DNA of 64,000 nt from Nymphaea colorata (taxonomy: Eukaryota): NCBI RefSeq assembly GCF_008831285.2, contig NC_045138.2, positions 19,592,001 through 19,656,000 on the forward strand, given 5' to 3'. This document shows positions 37,603 through 51,155 of the stretch, one piece after another. Both the position numbers and the translations under genes were made by a program. The first letter of the stretch is position 1. Each line of letters opens with the position of its first letter. The notes under the pieces are model-generated. The model worked only from the letters and a program-made list of their open reading frames with translations. It was not told the DNA's origin and did not search any database.

Positions 37603-38018
37603 TGGACGCAGTATTGATCACACTGAACATAGACAATGGCAAGATCAAGACGGACCTCGTAAATGCCTCTAACCTGAACATCAAGAGGCAAGTAGACGTC
37701 GTGTCCGACCAACTCAGAGTCTAGAAGTAGGAACAGGTCAATCGGCTACAGGCCATTGCCCCATAAAGAGATCAGATCAGGAAGCTTCAAGAGAAATCCG
37801 AATCTGAGATTGAAGGTCCGAACAACCGAATCCGTCATCTTGAAGAAGGGCTGATCGGTGTGGAGACAGAGGAGCCCGGTGAATTCCTCGACATGTTGGA
37901 AACTAAGGATTCTGATGGAGAATCAGAGTACCAGTACTTTGAAACAGAGTCAGAACTGCAAAGCGAAGATGATGATCAAGAGAAACTGCTTCAATCTTCT
38001 AACCAACGTGGAACCTAG
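37603..38018 (+). pseudogene. 5'-truncated pseudogene copy of the g4 C-terminus; the duplication extends through the 3' flank to about 38865 (equivalent to 34992-36260)
   Basis: Close copy of 34992-35407 with TAC>TAG (37722-37724), CAG>TAG (37728-37730) and small indels. Confidence 0.9.
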
Positions 38019-39294
38019 CGCATCTCAGACTCAGTTAAGATGTCTAGGCTCAGTGTCATCTTATCATGCATTTTAGCTTCTTCGTGGGTGTTGAATCTGT
38101 TTCTCTGTGTTTGATCTTTGTTCTTCCTTTTTCTTCTGGTTGGTTTCTGCGGTTGTGGAATCTTGTCTGATTCCGTATTTATGTCTAAATCTTCATCTTT
38201 TCTTCTTTTTGGGTTTCTTGTGGAAAATCTAGTGATCCAAATAGAGTTGTGGAAGGAACCGGTGCTTCTGTAATTTTTAGCTCTCTTGGTTGTGCAGCAA
38301 ATTATAAGCTAGTCAGCATCTTTCTGTTGTCTGCAATTCAATAAATTTTCGATGAAGTTCGTTTGGTTCATGATAGATGCAGAGACACAGAGGAAAGATG
38401 TTACCTGCAACCATGATCTGAAAAACTTTCTGTAACTTTTTTCATGTTGCAGGGAAGGCCAAAAATATTAATGGGGGCGGACTGTTTTTTCTTGAGAAAC
38501 AGGCCTCTGCAGTTTTACCAAGCTCATCAGACGCCCCCTTCACCAACACAAATCTAAAGTGGCGTCCAAGAGATTGGGAATACGTAAACCAGGATTTACT
38601 GTAACACAAAACCAATCGAGAAGAGAAGTGACCAAATGTTTAAATTGATTAAGCTTTCCTTCACCAAATCCACAACCGCGAAGAGCGATACAATGCCATC
38701 GCGGCTTGGTAATGTGCAATCCTGTGTGTCGGATATGCATAAAGAAACTGAGCAGAGCGTGGATCATATTGACACCAATTGCCTTTCAGAATGTTATTGT
38801 ATTTCACGTAGTGAGGCAAACAATAAGGATCCAATCACATGAACCACAACCTACTTTGGGCGATCCAGGTTCCTCATTTCGATTCAATTCTGGTGTTGTA
38901 GTCACCCTTTGTCACAATATTTTCGATTAATGTGGAAATAATCGTGCTTACAGAAAAATTCTAATTTTGAAGATGACACCTTTTCCTATATGATATAGCT
39001 CAACCCTACGCGCACATGAACATGCACCCACAGTTCCAATAATAGAGATTATTAATTGCAGTAATCATATGCACAAATTACAGAATGTACAATGGAGATG
39101 ACAAGTTTATGTATATACACAGGATAACGTGAATAGCCATGCGTAAGGTAGAAGGCCAAAGTCCCCCACGCTTAATTTGATCATCATATTAATGGCCAAC
39201 AATTTGGAGATGTACAGGATGCTTTCACGCCTGCAACATTTCACCTTAGCATTCGATTGCCATTTCACCTTAGCATTCGTTTGCCATGTTCATT

Positions 39295-42200
39295 TCATGG
39301 TTCTGCAGATGGCTGAGCCAGATACTGGCGCCACTCATCTGGAAATCCTTTTCGCATTTTCAGCACCTTCAGGGCAGAAGCTGTCAGAGGTATAGAATGA
39401 ATATCGAAGTTCTTGGGTGCCTGCAACCATAGTAAGAAATGCTCAGGACAGCAAAATAATGTCAACAACCAATAAGTTTCGGATTAGAAACTTCAAACAT
39501 TTTGCATTTAGCCTTTTCAACAGAAACAATTAAAAACAAAATAATGAAAAAAACAAAGCAGGACACTAGAATATGCCAAAACAAATACAAACGTGATGGT
39601 GCAGTACAAAATACAACTCTTCGTTAAGCCAGTAATATCATAATGTTGTGGAGACATATGATAGCAATCAAAATCATGTTCTTCTTTACCATTTCTTCAA
39701 ACAATGTCCCACTATGTACCACATAGGCAGGAGGGCTTCCCAGTTAGGAGTAAACATGTTTGAAGGCCCCCAAGTCAGATACGAGTTGCTCAAGACCCTA
39801 AAAAGACTAATTGGAACTAGTGGGACCAACTCCATTCAAGTTTATTGACTATAATTGAATGTACACATTTATACATATATTTATATGAAAGTAAATATAG
39901 AAACATATAATATCTATTTAGCAAGTCAGACAGTAGTCAGCAAATCAATGACTAGCCTCACTAATTGACTAGTCTCACCAACTAACCACTGGTTTGAAGC
40001 ACAGGTCTGACGATGACTAATTCAGACGACTAGTCAGCTGACTAATTGGGAATTTGATAACCATGTCAGCAACTGCAATGAGCCTAGCTAAGCTGAGGCT
40101 GTATATTACTGTTTTTGTCTCATCAACCTAATTCAGTAACAGCTTTCTAATTCAGTAATAGCTCCCAAGACATAAAGTGCAACTAGCTCAGACTAACCGT
40201 GAGTTAATCAATCCAAGTATAAACTCTTGATTCAGATAGATTACTGACATAAAAGTACACTTTGTTGGGAGCCTAATACTAAAATTTCACCAGATTTGCA
40301 CATCACAGTAGAAGATTTGCATTACCAACCTTAGGAATTCTGTTCAGTTTCATGCCGGCCTCTTCTACAGTTTTCTTCCCTTTCCTAGAGTTGCACTTCG
40401 CACAAGCTGTAACCTGCAATCAGGAAGCCCCACAGAGAACTTGATATAGAGATTGACACCTGGAGTCAGACCTGCTAATTGCAGTTCAGAGTCTTCAGAC
40501 TTGGTAGTGTAGAATCCTCTGAACATAGAGATCCACATGCATATTAAAACCTCTTGCCCCAAAAACGAACTGCTTTGCATGCTCAACCCCCTTGTAGTTC
40601 CAAGGACAAACAAATTGGCACCCATTCGTACATTTTAATAACTGTTTTCTGCATGCAACCGCAGTCCACTGGACAATTGATGCTTTAAGCAAATAAAGTC
40701 CGATGGTAATTCAATAGCTTTCACAATTTAGGGGCCAATAAATCCTATGCAAGTATAGAGAAATCTCATCGCTAGAAACTGGGTGGCTTGTTTAATAGAG
40801 TTCTGAAGGCAGAAGCCGGGAATGTACAGGCTAGACAGTTCAACCTTGTCAGTTCAAAAAACAACTAGCTTAGGGGAATAAAAATAAATTTTCTCACCAA
40901 GTTTTCCCATGTCCACTGCCCACCACGTGATATTGGCAAAACATGATCAATTGTCAAATTGTCACGGGAAGAACAATACCTGCAGATATAAATTATTATG
41001 GTACTTGGAAGACTTGAATGTTCATGTAAAATTCATCACATTCAGACAAGAGTACTTGAATGCTTGCAGACGTAAATAACATCAATATCCCGACAGACTT
41101 TTGTTAAGCCAAAACAAAATTCTGCCTTCCAAGATCATGGGAATACCAAATAACCTTACTAACTAGACCAGGGAATGGAACATCAGCAGGATGTTTTACA
41201 TTCTTATGGATTGCTCTTAGTTTGTAAGGAATGCACAACTTGTAACAGCAAAATCACTAAACAATTTTTCAAATGACGCAACTCTGCTAAGACTGCAACA
41301 GTTAATATGGAAACAACCACCACGTTCATGTGCACCTTATAAACCAACAGTAGCCTGTTTGGATAATCCTATACCGATGGTTAAATCCTGGTTTTCCAAA
41401 ACTAGTTTTGACACTAAAAATCAGGCTTCTACAATCGTTTTACCAGTGTAAATGGCATCGAAATTGTGAGTGAGATATAAAAACAAATTACTAGAGCTTC
41501 TTCAATGTAGGTCGGAATTCAACAATCTAGACAAATATCAGGAAAAAATATTTTTTCCAATTAAATGAAACCATCACAAAAGAAAATATTTTCCTTTCTG
41601 ACTACATAACCAATTCTTATAATACTTACTGACAAGTGAAACCATCACGAAAGAAAATATTTTTCCGGCTAAGGTGTTTTTGGACCCTTCTCCTCTTGAC
41701 AACCTGAAGTAAATTTGGAACCTAACAAGGCAAGCAGAGGCCGATGATAAGTCAAGTTTAAAGCACATAAAGAAGTTGGTCAAAACTTTATCACAGATAT
41801 GAACACTAAATGGATAATTACTTACTCTTAGAACAGCGGGTATGTAAAAGGAACCACTTGGAGAAGAGATTGTTTGATCATAGTACTCCAACACATCAGC
41901 CTGCTTAAAACATAATTAAGATCTAACATTTTATTAATGTAGAATGAGAAAAAGAAACTAATAGGACAAAAGAAAGAAAATAAAGCACGAAAACATGAAA
42001 GATGCAAACATGATATGCTCTAAATATAAACATTCTTCTTTATTTTATAATACAAATTTGAAAGAGAAACTAGAATATAAGGGTCAGGTTGTCTAACCTT
42101 TTCCATGAATTCCAAACAAATGGCACGTCTCCAGCATACAACATTAATGGGCCTAATAATGAGAAGAATTTTAAAAAAAAATATGCAACAGAAATTAGTA

Positions 42201-44824
42201 ACTTTAATGTGTCTTTGTGACAATGTTCAGAGAAAATCACCTCTAAGCATTTAAAAACAAGAAGTATGGGTGGATGAACTAACAGAAGGTAGTTTCGAGC
42301 ATGTAAATTTTATAAATATTATAGGAAAACAGGATATCAAACCGTGTTTGGAGCATAAGAACCAAGGATTGGAGCGCATAATTTCTTCAGTAAAGCATAA
42401 AAAACAGAAAAACTTGATAAAGCTGCTTTTACTCATATCATGCATCAGAGTTTGAATTTATTTTATGCATTTTAATTTTTTCTAAGCCTTTTTTTTTAGA
42501 AAAATCCAATTTCTATGTGGACTGCTTTCTACCATGAGCCAAGAAATAGGCGAGTAGGGAAGAGTCACTATCGTTGAGATCTAGGTCCAGTTGCTTTTTG
42601 AGTCTCGTTTCCCCATTTCTTCCTATTTAGGAATACACTTTCTTATAATCATATTTCCTTCTTACAGACACTCATAAATGGCATAAGCACAAGATTGCAC
42701 CTGAAAGACAAATTCCCACGGTTCTACTATAAACTACAACCAACATGAATAGAGGAATTGAAATCAGTCGGCCACCCTCCATGCCTGGATGGCTTTTTAT
42801 ATATTTTTTGATGCTAAAAACCATTGTAAATGATTCATTCTACGATGGCAGTTGATTAGCCATGGTTTTTAGCCATGGAAATTTGGAATGCACCATCTGC
42901 AATGGTTTTTAGCATTGCAAAATTTCAAAATAAAAAAAACAAAATTAATAAAAACTATCCACGCCATAGAGATGGCCGGCTGATTTCAATTTTTCACATG
43001 AATATCTATTATCAACAAATGTGGCAACATGAGAAATTTGACGATGAAAGTTGTTCTCGAGGAATATAAATAGCTATTTAAAGGATTGAGTTTATAAATC
43101 ACGAAAAGATAAAGTACATTTGAGTTACTCAGCTTTTCATTATATTTATCCAAAAATGCAACTTTTTTGTAAATTCCACACACAAACTGAGTCAGTCATC
43201 CAGTGAGTTAATCATGCACTAGTGACAAATAACCTAATTTTTGTGATTAAAAGTCCAGAAAGTGCCTAGAAGTAATCATAATTCTTATAGGATGGTCCTG
43301 TAATGAACTGCTGTCAGTGACTGTGTTCCATGGCTTACCTAAGAACCTAAACATCCAACTATATGCATACATAATGACCACATTATTGCTTTCATAGACC
43401 TGCTTACCTAGATAAAATGCGAGCCATGTTGGAGCAATGACTTTACTGGACATCCAACTCAACCTAGCCTTGCCTATAATTTTTTTCCCAAGGAAGAAAA
43501 AATTACGACGTAGATCTTTTAGCTTATAGCCAACTCCACCGAATATTTCTTGTAACTGCCAATAACTTAACAAGAGAGACTCTAGGATTTCTTATACTGC
43601 TCACTGCGAGATATAAAGAACCTCCTGAACCCAATGAGCAAGACAAGTAGAACTGTTCAGTTTCTAAATCAGATGCCCAAGTTACTACGGAATAAATTCC
43701 TGCAAGAATTAGAAACTAGCTGGAACTGGGACTTCTAGACTCTCTCTTCATTTTAATCCTAGCTATACCCAGCCATGCATGCAGATTAGCCAACAGTAAA
43801 GATGAACTATCTACATTAAATAATAGGAGGAAGATAATATGAGAAAAGCTCCTGAGTTTATAACATCACATGGTTGGCAACTCTTTCATTATTTATGATT
43901 TAAGAGGCAAGTGTTCTTATGAAGTGCCCCCGTTTATAATTAACCAATATATTTCTCCTTCCAAACTGTGACCCGTGATACGATTTTAGGTGATTGACTA
44001 CGTACAAGCTTCTGAGGTACAAGCCTACCCATGCATGCAAGCAATTAGAAGACGACCTAGAAAATCAGGTTATGACCAAAATGGTGCTTCTTGCCATTGT
44101 GATCAAAGCAAGAACACATAAATCTAAGTAAATAACACCCGCAAGGAGAAATCCTGAAGCTATAAAAAAAACAAAAAAAGGGGACGACAAGAACCAACTA
44201 AAGCACATAAAATAGCTCTGAGCAGAGGAAAAACTTCTAACTACCCAAAATCTAAAGATCAGTATCATCATAGGACTAATCAGAAAAGCAAGTGCCACAG
44301 GCAAAAGCAGTCACAAGTAGCAAAAGCAGAAAACCATCGTGACCAAACAGAAATTCTATCAAGAGGAACACTCAATTAAACGGAAGAATAATTCACCTGT
44401 ATGAAACATCCAGCACCAACCCCCTGAAACAGGCCAATTCATCAAACCCACCATAACCACCTATGTGATCACCATCATCATGATCAAGACCACCTACGGG
44501 ATCACCATCATCATGATCAGGACCATCGATGGCATCAATGCCACTGACCCTGTCCCTCAGCAGATGCCCTTCCCCGGAGACCTTGCCAGACTTGGTTGCC
44601 TGTGAACATACCTTACAACCCGTGCTCTTTCTTCCAAGGACGTTACGTGGGTACTCTCCAAATCTTGAGGAACAGCCCCTATACTGAGATGGGTCCTTGA
44701 AATCTAGTGCAAATGGCGGCTTATCTCCGTGACTAAGAAATCTGATGCATCCCTGAACAGAGAATTGCGGGGATGATGTGGGTCTGACGCCGCTGGTAGC
44801 AGAGGAAACCGACGGGCACTTCAT
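39295..44824 (-). CDS. Plant HNH endonuclease-domain protein. Exons approx. 44397-44824, 42098-42152, 41826-41900, 41630-41721, 40898-40979, 40329-40412, 39295-39420; start codon uncertain
   Basis: Spliced translation [110 protein letters not shown], an McrA-type HNH with CxxC pairs. Confidence 0.93.
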
Positions 44825-47320
44825 CCTATGGTCCCTAAGCAAAGGATTCCACCATCTTCGCGAAATTTAATAGGAAGAAGGAAGGTGGCCATCGGGAGAT
44901 CTTTCTGTCGTCTGAACTGACACTTGAAGCGTGTGGGGAAAAAGCAAAAGGCTCTCTGCCACAAGCTGGGCTTATGCTCTTGGAATATCCCAACTATAAC
45001 CAGTCCTATGGTCAAAATTCCAGAAAAGATTTGCGTGCCGATTTTTGCTTTTACTTCCGTAGGTGCCAAATTTTTGTCCTCCGCACATGCTTAAGAAAGT
45101 TCTCCCTTCCTTTCGTTAATTTTCGGGTGAATTATTTCTCTTCTTTGGAGCATGCGAAACTTAGAGAAAATCTTGAGTAAAGCGTTCAACTTTGGGTGGT
45201 ACATCAAGGGAGCGTTGAAGTTTCAATTTCTTTAGATTAACTGCTTAAATTACAGACAAAACAGGTGGTTAATTAAAAGACATACAAATTTAACTGTTTT
45301 TTTTTTGCTACTTGAGTGTGCACTCATAAAAAGGATATATAAGAAATCTTACAAAAACACACTCAACTTTTGGTAGTACGATCAATATTGTAATTTTCTT
45401 TTTAAAAAAATTTATCTTAAGCAAATTTTTGGAAAGGCAAAGTTGAGAACTAACATCGTAAAAGGTAACTCAAACCGAGCCTTATTAAGAAAAATAAGAT
45501 TATAACCCAAAAAATGGGTCCCAAAATAACGGTTTCTTTTTCTAGTTACATCATGCTTCTAGTTTGGCCAACATAGTCATTATGATTTGGAATTAAAAAA
45601 ACATAGTTATAGCGTCCAAACGAGCCCTTTTAAACTAATTTTGATGCTGAAAGTGTAAGATCCAACTTTATGTGAACGTCATCCAACGGAGCAAAAAGTC
45701 TATTTTTTTGACTTCATCAATCATTTCACAAGACTTCTATATCTCATTCTCGCACGGCAGTAGAGTTTCCTACCTACGAAAACACGACACCGAACTTTCG
45801 TTTGGTTGGTATCGGCTCTCGCCAATAGGAATTTTGATATTTTATCATTGTTTTCATATTCAGTTTAAAGTAGTCAGCTTTATTTTAGAATATGAAACCA
45901 AGAGATAAAGCAATTTACGCAAATATGACTGTGAATCGGGTTAGGATAAGCTATCCAAACAAAATGCTTTCAAGAAGTCTGATATGGAAAAAAAAATAAA
46001 TCTGATTAAGAAATTGAATTGGATTTGGATTTAAGAAATGACATCCCATTGCATTCAGTTTTATATCAGTATCTATTTGGATATGATTCTTACTTGAATT
46101 TAGATTTGGTTTCAAATAAATATGCTATGTCTGATATCTGTATATTTTGAAAGTTGGTTTTTAGCACATAGTAATGTGGTTCGAATTAGGTTATGTATTG
46201 AGCAGTGAGATTTAGCTTCGAATTCAATTATGAATCAGAGCTAGATTGGGATTGGATTTGTAATTTAAATTTACAATTTGATTTGGATAAGTGAACATCC
46301 GAATAAATTGGGTATCGTAAAAGATACATCCCAATGGAATCGGATCCACTAATACCCCGAAATATGACAAGGAAGATATGGACTGATTCTTTATACAGCC
46401 CTCACTGGGGGTAAAAGTGAGTTCATGCGAACACCTTGCTTTCATTTCAAAGCCTCTAATTCTTCCGTAGGACAGGTTTGCGAAAAAAACTAAGGCTTGT
46501 AATGAGTTTGGATTACCCTCCTCAACCCGGTAAACTGGATTATGAACTGAAAAATTCACCATATTGTCTCTTTATGCCTTTTCAGGGTATCTCTCTACCA
46601 TTGAATTATATATATACATATATATATACTCAGGGAAATTGAATTATGGTTTTTTAACGTCATCCAGCATGATGAACAGTTAGGAGAAAAATAAAGAAAA
46701 AAAAATTGTGAGATTGGTATTTTAGTTATCTAATATTAGTTCACCCTTTTCTCCTTGTTCTTCTCTTTTTTTGAACCAACAATCTATTTCAGATGGACCA
46801 ACCTAATTAGATGGCTAGGTGACTTGCTAGAATGTAAATGGAATTTGGCCAATTTTATATAGCAAAAGGAAAACTTCAAAATTACATTCTAACCGTTTAG
46901 ATCACCCTATTAAAGCCTCAAAGTCACCAGTTACCAGCGCTTGAACAAAGCTTTCTTGCCAGCATTCCTTTACAAGTGCTTAAATATTCACCTGTCTTCC
47001 AAATGTTCATCTCCTCCTCTCCCCTCTTCCTTTTCAATTTTAAATAAGAACATAAATGGTCAGGATACGGCTTTGGGATGTTGATCTTTTTGTTGGTGCC
47101 GAATCAGATTGGATCTTATTTTCAATGCATTTGGATGACATCCATCTGAAATATATTTCTAATCTTAATGCATATGTACAGTTCCAAGAAACGAAAGAGA
47201 CCTCCGTACTTAGCCTTCTTCATAGGACCACCATGGGAGAACAAATACAATCCATCCACTGGTAAATGAATTATGTGGTTTTTAGTTTGTTACAAATGGA
47301 AGAACACAGGTGATCTTCTC

Positions 47321-50300
47321 TCAGGCCTGAGCTCCACCGTGGTTCATAGTAGCAGCAGTAGCAGAAAGGGGAAGAGGTCTGGCTGCCTGTTGTTCCTCTT
47401 CCTTCTTCTGCCTTGCCAAGGCAATCTTCTCCTTCGTGTACTCCCTGAAGTCTGAAACCAAACTGCGATTCACCTGCTGCTTCATGTTCACCAACAGTCT
47501 ATTTAGTACCTGTCCAACCAAAAACAAATACATAATCCGAACAAAATCAATGTGGGTGAACAAATTAATCGATCAACCAAACACCATTTAAGTTATGCCT
47601 ATATTAGCAAATGAAGAGAACCAACCGATTCTGCAACACTTTTGAGCACGTCCCTTGGCACCAATTCAAGAACAGGTGGGAGAACAAAGCTAACGCTCAA
47701 CTCTAGCTGCCCCTTCAAGCGGGAGCGGACCCCCAACTTTTCGGAATATAGAGCACCTCGAATCCCCAGTGTGAAATCAGAAGGCTTCAATACGTAGTCC
47801 AGACCTCGCAATTCCCATCTTGTCTTCATTTAGCCACATAGAGACAAGTAACCAGATAAACAAATGCAAGAGATGGTGACTTAGACAGGCAGAAGGAGAA
47901 GAAAATACTAATTCTACTACTATTCTTTTTTTTTCTTCTTGACCAATCTTACCGCTTCTAGGGCAAGAACTGTGGAAATGGACTTGGGCACCCCTGGTGG
48001 ATATCCCTTCCCCTGTGATTTACATGTCAATCTCATGTCAACAATGGGGTTGACAGAGAGGAAAAAGAAATCGATGGGAAGCATCTGGATTCTCCATTCC
48101 TCCTGCAAAATGAAAAGTGTACAGAGTTTATCTTGACATCGACACTGAATCCTAACCATCAAGAGGTATAAAGAGAGGAGAGAATAACTGTCTGCTTTTT
48201 ACCTTAGGACCTTGAGACAAAAAAAAAACAGAACTATAGTGGCTAAAGCAGCTTAGATAATTTACTGAATTAGAACCACTGTGAATTTCAATAGTACAAA
48301 ATGATCCACCTCAAGCAAAAAGTAAACTGCATACGGAGATATTCTTCATTGGGTAACATGCAGGCACACCACAATCTCGTTATTTGGGTTTAATAATTCT
48401 CATTAGACAACCTGCGATTGAAATACAGTTCCGGACTTGATACCACCCCCAGTAGGGAGCATCAATAGGCACACCAAGGTTCATCATCTAAGAAATGTAC
48501 AGATGAAAGATATGCATCTTCCACAGATTTGCTCAAGATTATGTTCACAAATTACAAGACATAAAGAAGGTCATGCAAACTAAGTATTTGAAATCAACAA
48601 TGTTATGTGCAGTCGTGCACTAAGCTAGTAACAACAGTCAAATGTTAGATGAGCACTCTGCCCCTGAAACTACTGAACACATCAATAATACTCTAATATA
48701 ATCAACACATCAATACCATAATATAATCCAGTAAAGCAAAAATTGCATCCAGTAAGATTATTATGAACTCAACCATAGCATCTTGTTCAATAAGAAAACC
48801 CATCAATTAAAGATAGTTGTAGCACATTGGATGCAACGAATCAAAAAATTCAGGATCTGTCAATGTTAAATTTTAAGTAAATAGGATTTATGACAGACTT
48901 AACAAGAATGACCGTGCCAACCTGCAAATAGCAGGAATCGTCAAAGTATCAAAAAATAATGTCCCATGGACAACTTTATAAATTACAATCTTGGTATGTC
49001 TTATCCTATTTGGTTAGAATAATAAAGAGATGACTGGTTGCGTCTTGTGCTCCAATGATTTTCCACAGATAAGCAATATAATTAATGATAGTCTCAAAAG
49101 AGTATTATCAGGTTATGCAACATACCAGGTTTCATATGAGCCTATGTACAAAAATATGCTTGCCTGCGTATGTTGACAAGGTAGTCAGTAGAGACTCTTT
49201 ACAGGCCCCTTTTTTTTTCCAATTCCACACCTTATACCTCTACCATAATCTTTTAGCCAAAAATCAATTGGTTGTAGGGTTCTTCCTTTTCTCCTTCTGG
49301 AAATTCAACTGCCAAATACATCTACATGTCAAAACATGGTGATTGTCACCATTGGTATGATAGGACTTACTGAATTACTTCCCCAACCCTCTCACCCCCT
49401 CTTTAAATGGTTCATTACTTGTGGGGTGTTCAAAGGTTGTTATGCTTTATAATTTGAGACTTGAGAGCAAGATGGAGGATCAAAGCAACTTTGAGTATTC
49501 GAGAACCCTGGCTTTCAACTGGATAACTTGGCCTAAAAGATGTCTTTGTCAGGTCAGAATCTCATTGCATGATGCATCTACAAACGTGACCTTGACATGG
49601 GTACCAAAGACCGCTACTTGATTTCAAAGCATCTATTTCTATCAGCCAAAGGCTTACAAACCATATATAACTAAAATATCAGAACCCAAAAGGAAACTTC
49701 AAATTTCAAAACCAAAGGGCAAGGGCTGCAAAACAAGACTGATGGGACCCTGTGCCGACACTGCACCAGGTATATCACATGCCTTATCATCATGTCTATT
49801 TCCGAACAAATTTACCAAGTCGTAGAATAACATGAGAATCCTCGGGGTGCAATTAATAAAGAACCGATAACCAAATAACTTGAAAATTGCTATTATATGC
49901 TTAAGGGCCAACAATAATTATCCATGAACTCCATTTTTTCACAGTTAAAACTTAGCCCTTCTCATCGCTTAACCTTTCTTCACCAAGCAATTCTGACCTC
50001 ACCTTAATGCACACGATTAAGAGAAAGACAAAACGGAAAGACGTAACCATCCAGAGTTTTCGCTTAATGAAAAATATACTTAAATCAAGAGCTCAACCAG
50101 CAATCAATTTAAAGGCCAGCCTCATGATGGAACTGAACTTAGGTTAGCGTTAGCGTACCAACACTATGAAAAGCCCATGATACAAGGTCTACACGGTAGA
50201 ATAATGCAAACAAAAAATATTGAAGGCCAAGTCACCTGGTGTTGTAGCTTAGTAACGTGAAACACCATAAGAACCATCATTTTCTAGTAATTGTACACCA

Positions 50301-50921
50301 TCACTATACAATGGCAAGCCTGCAAGGGGCATATCCGCGAGTCTATGCATTTTTATGAAGCATCATGTACATGGTCTCAATCCACCAACACCTCCTCCTA
50401 ATTTGAACTGAGATCAGGTCGCATGGAATTGAGATCAAGTCTCCTGTGTTTCATACAACATCACAGGCATTCCCTTATCAGGCTTGTCAGTGTACTGATA
50501 CGCTAAAACACAAGGTGACCTCGTCCGCACTCAATGTAATGGGGATATGGAGCACTAACATCACTAAGCCTCTGGCTTCGCCTTTTGTCAGGAAACATTG
50601 CCTCAAAGACCCGCTGCCGATCACGTACGTAGTCATCGAAAGGCGCCTACATGAGAATATGGCGGTCGTGAGGGAGAGAGAACGGTCGAGCGAGCGAGAG
50701 AGAGAGAGAGAGGGCAGGAGGCAAACTTGCGGGGATTCGTAGAGCGGAAGATCGGTAGAAAGCTTGGAAGAGAAAGAGGAAGGCTTGTCCTGCAATTGCA
50801 TTCTCACATGCCGACCACCACGATACCTCGTGCTAATGCTCCTACTCATGCCCAACATCGACTCTGCCTTGCATTTCTTGGAGCCTGAATTTGAAACCAC
50901 AACACAATTCCTCACCGTCAT
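47321..50921 (-). CDS. DUF1997-family protein. Exons approx. 50727-50921, 50560-50646, 47952-48102, 47625-47822, 47321-47508
   Basis: SSKLSTDLPLYESP, APFDDYVRDRQRVFEAMFPDKRRSQRLSD, EEWRIQMLPIDFFFLSVNPIVDMRL, RWELRGLD..PSDFTLGIRGALY, SRLKGQLELSVSFVLPPVLELVP, VNRSLVSDF. Confidence 0.85.
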
Positions 50922-51122
50922 CCCTGTCTGCTTCTTGCCTCAACTAAGGCGCTTTTAATTGTAAGAAAATAGAAAAGATAAATGGAGAGAAAGAGAAAAA
51001 GAGCGAGCATACTGCTACCATAATCGAGGAAAGAGTGTCCGCGAGAGGTGATTCGTGCGATTGAGACCTCCCCCATTGCCCCCAAACTCAAGGATCCACA
51101 GTCATTCTCTCAATAACACTCC

Positions 51123-51155
<33 letters not shown>

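Noticed and set aside
39295..44824. HNH nuclease as a partner of the RT-like gene (retron- or defence-type system)
   Set aside because: It is a conserved, intron-rich plant gene that does not share the promoter module; proximity alone is not evidence.
44821..45069. Upstream ORF MATFLLPIKF as a frameshifted start of the HNH gene
   Set aside because: An in-frame ATG at 44824 precedes the conserved N-terminal region, so no frameshift is needed.
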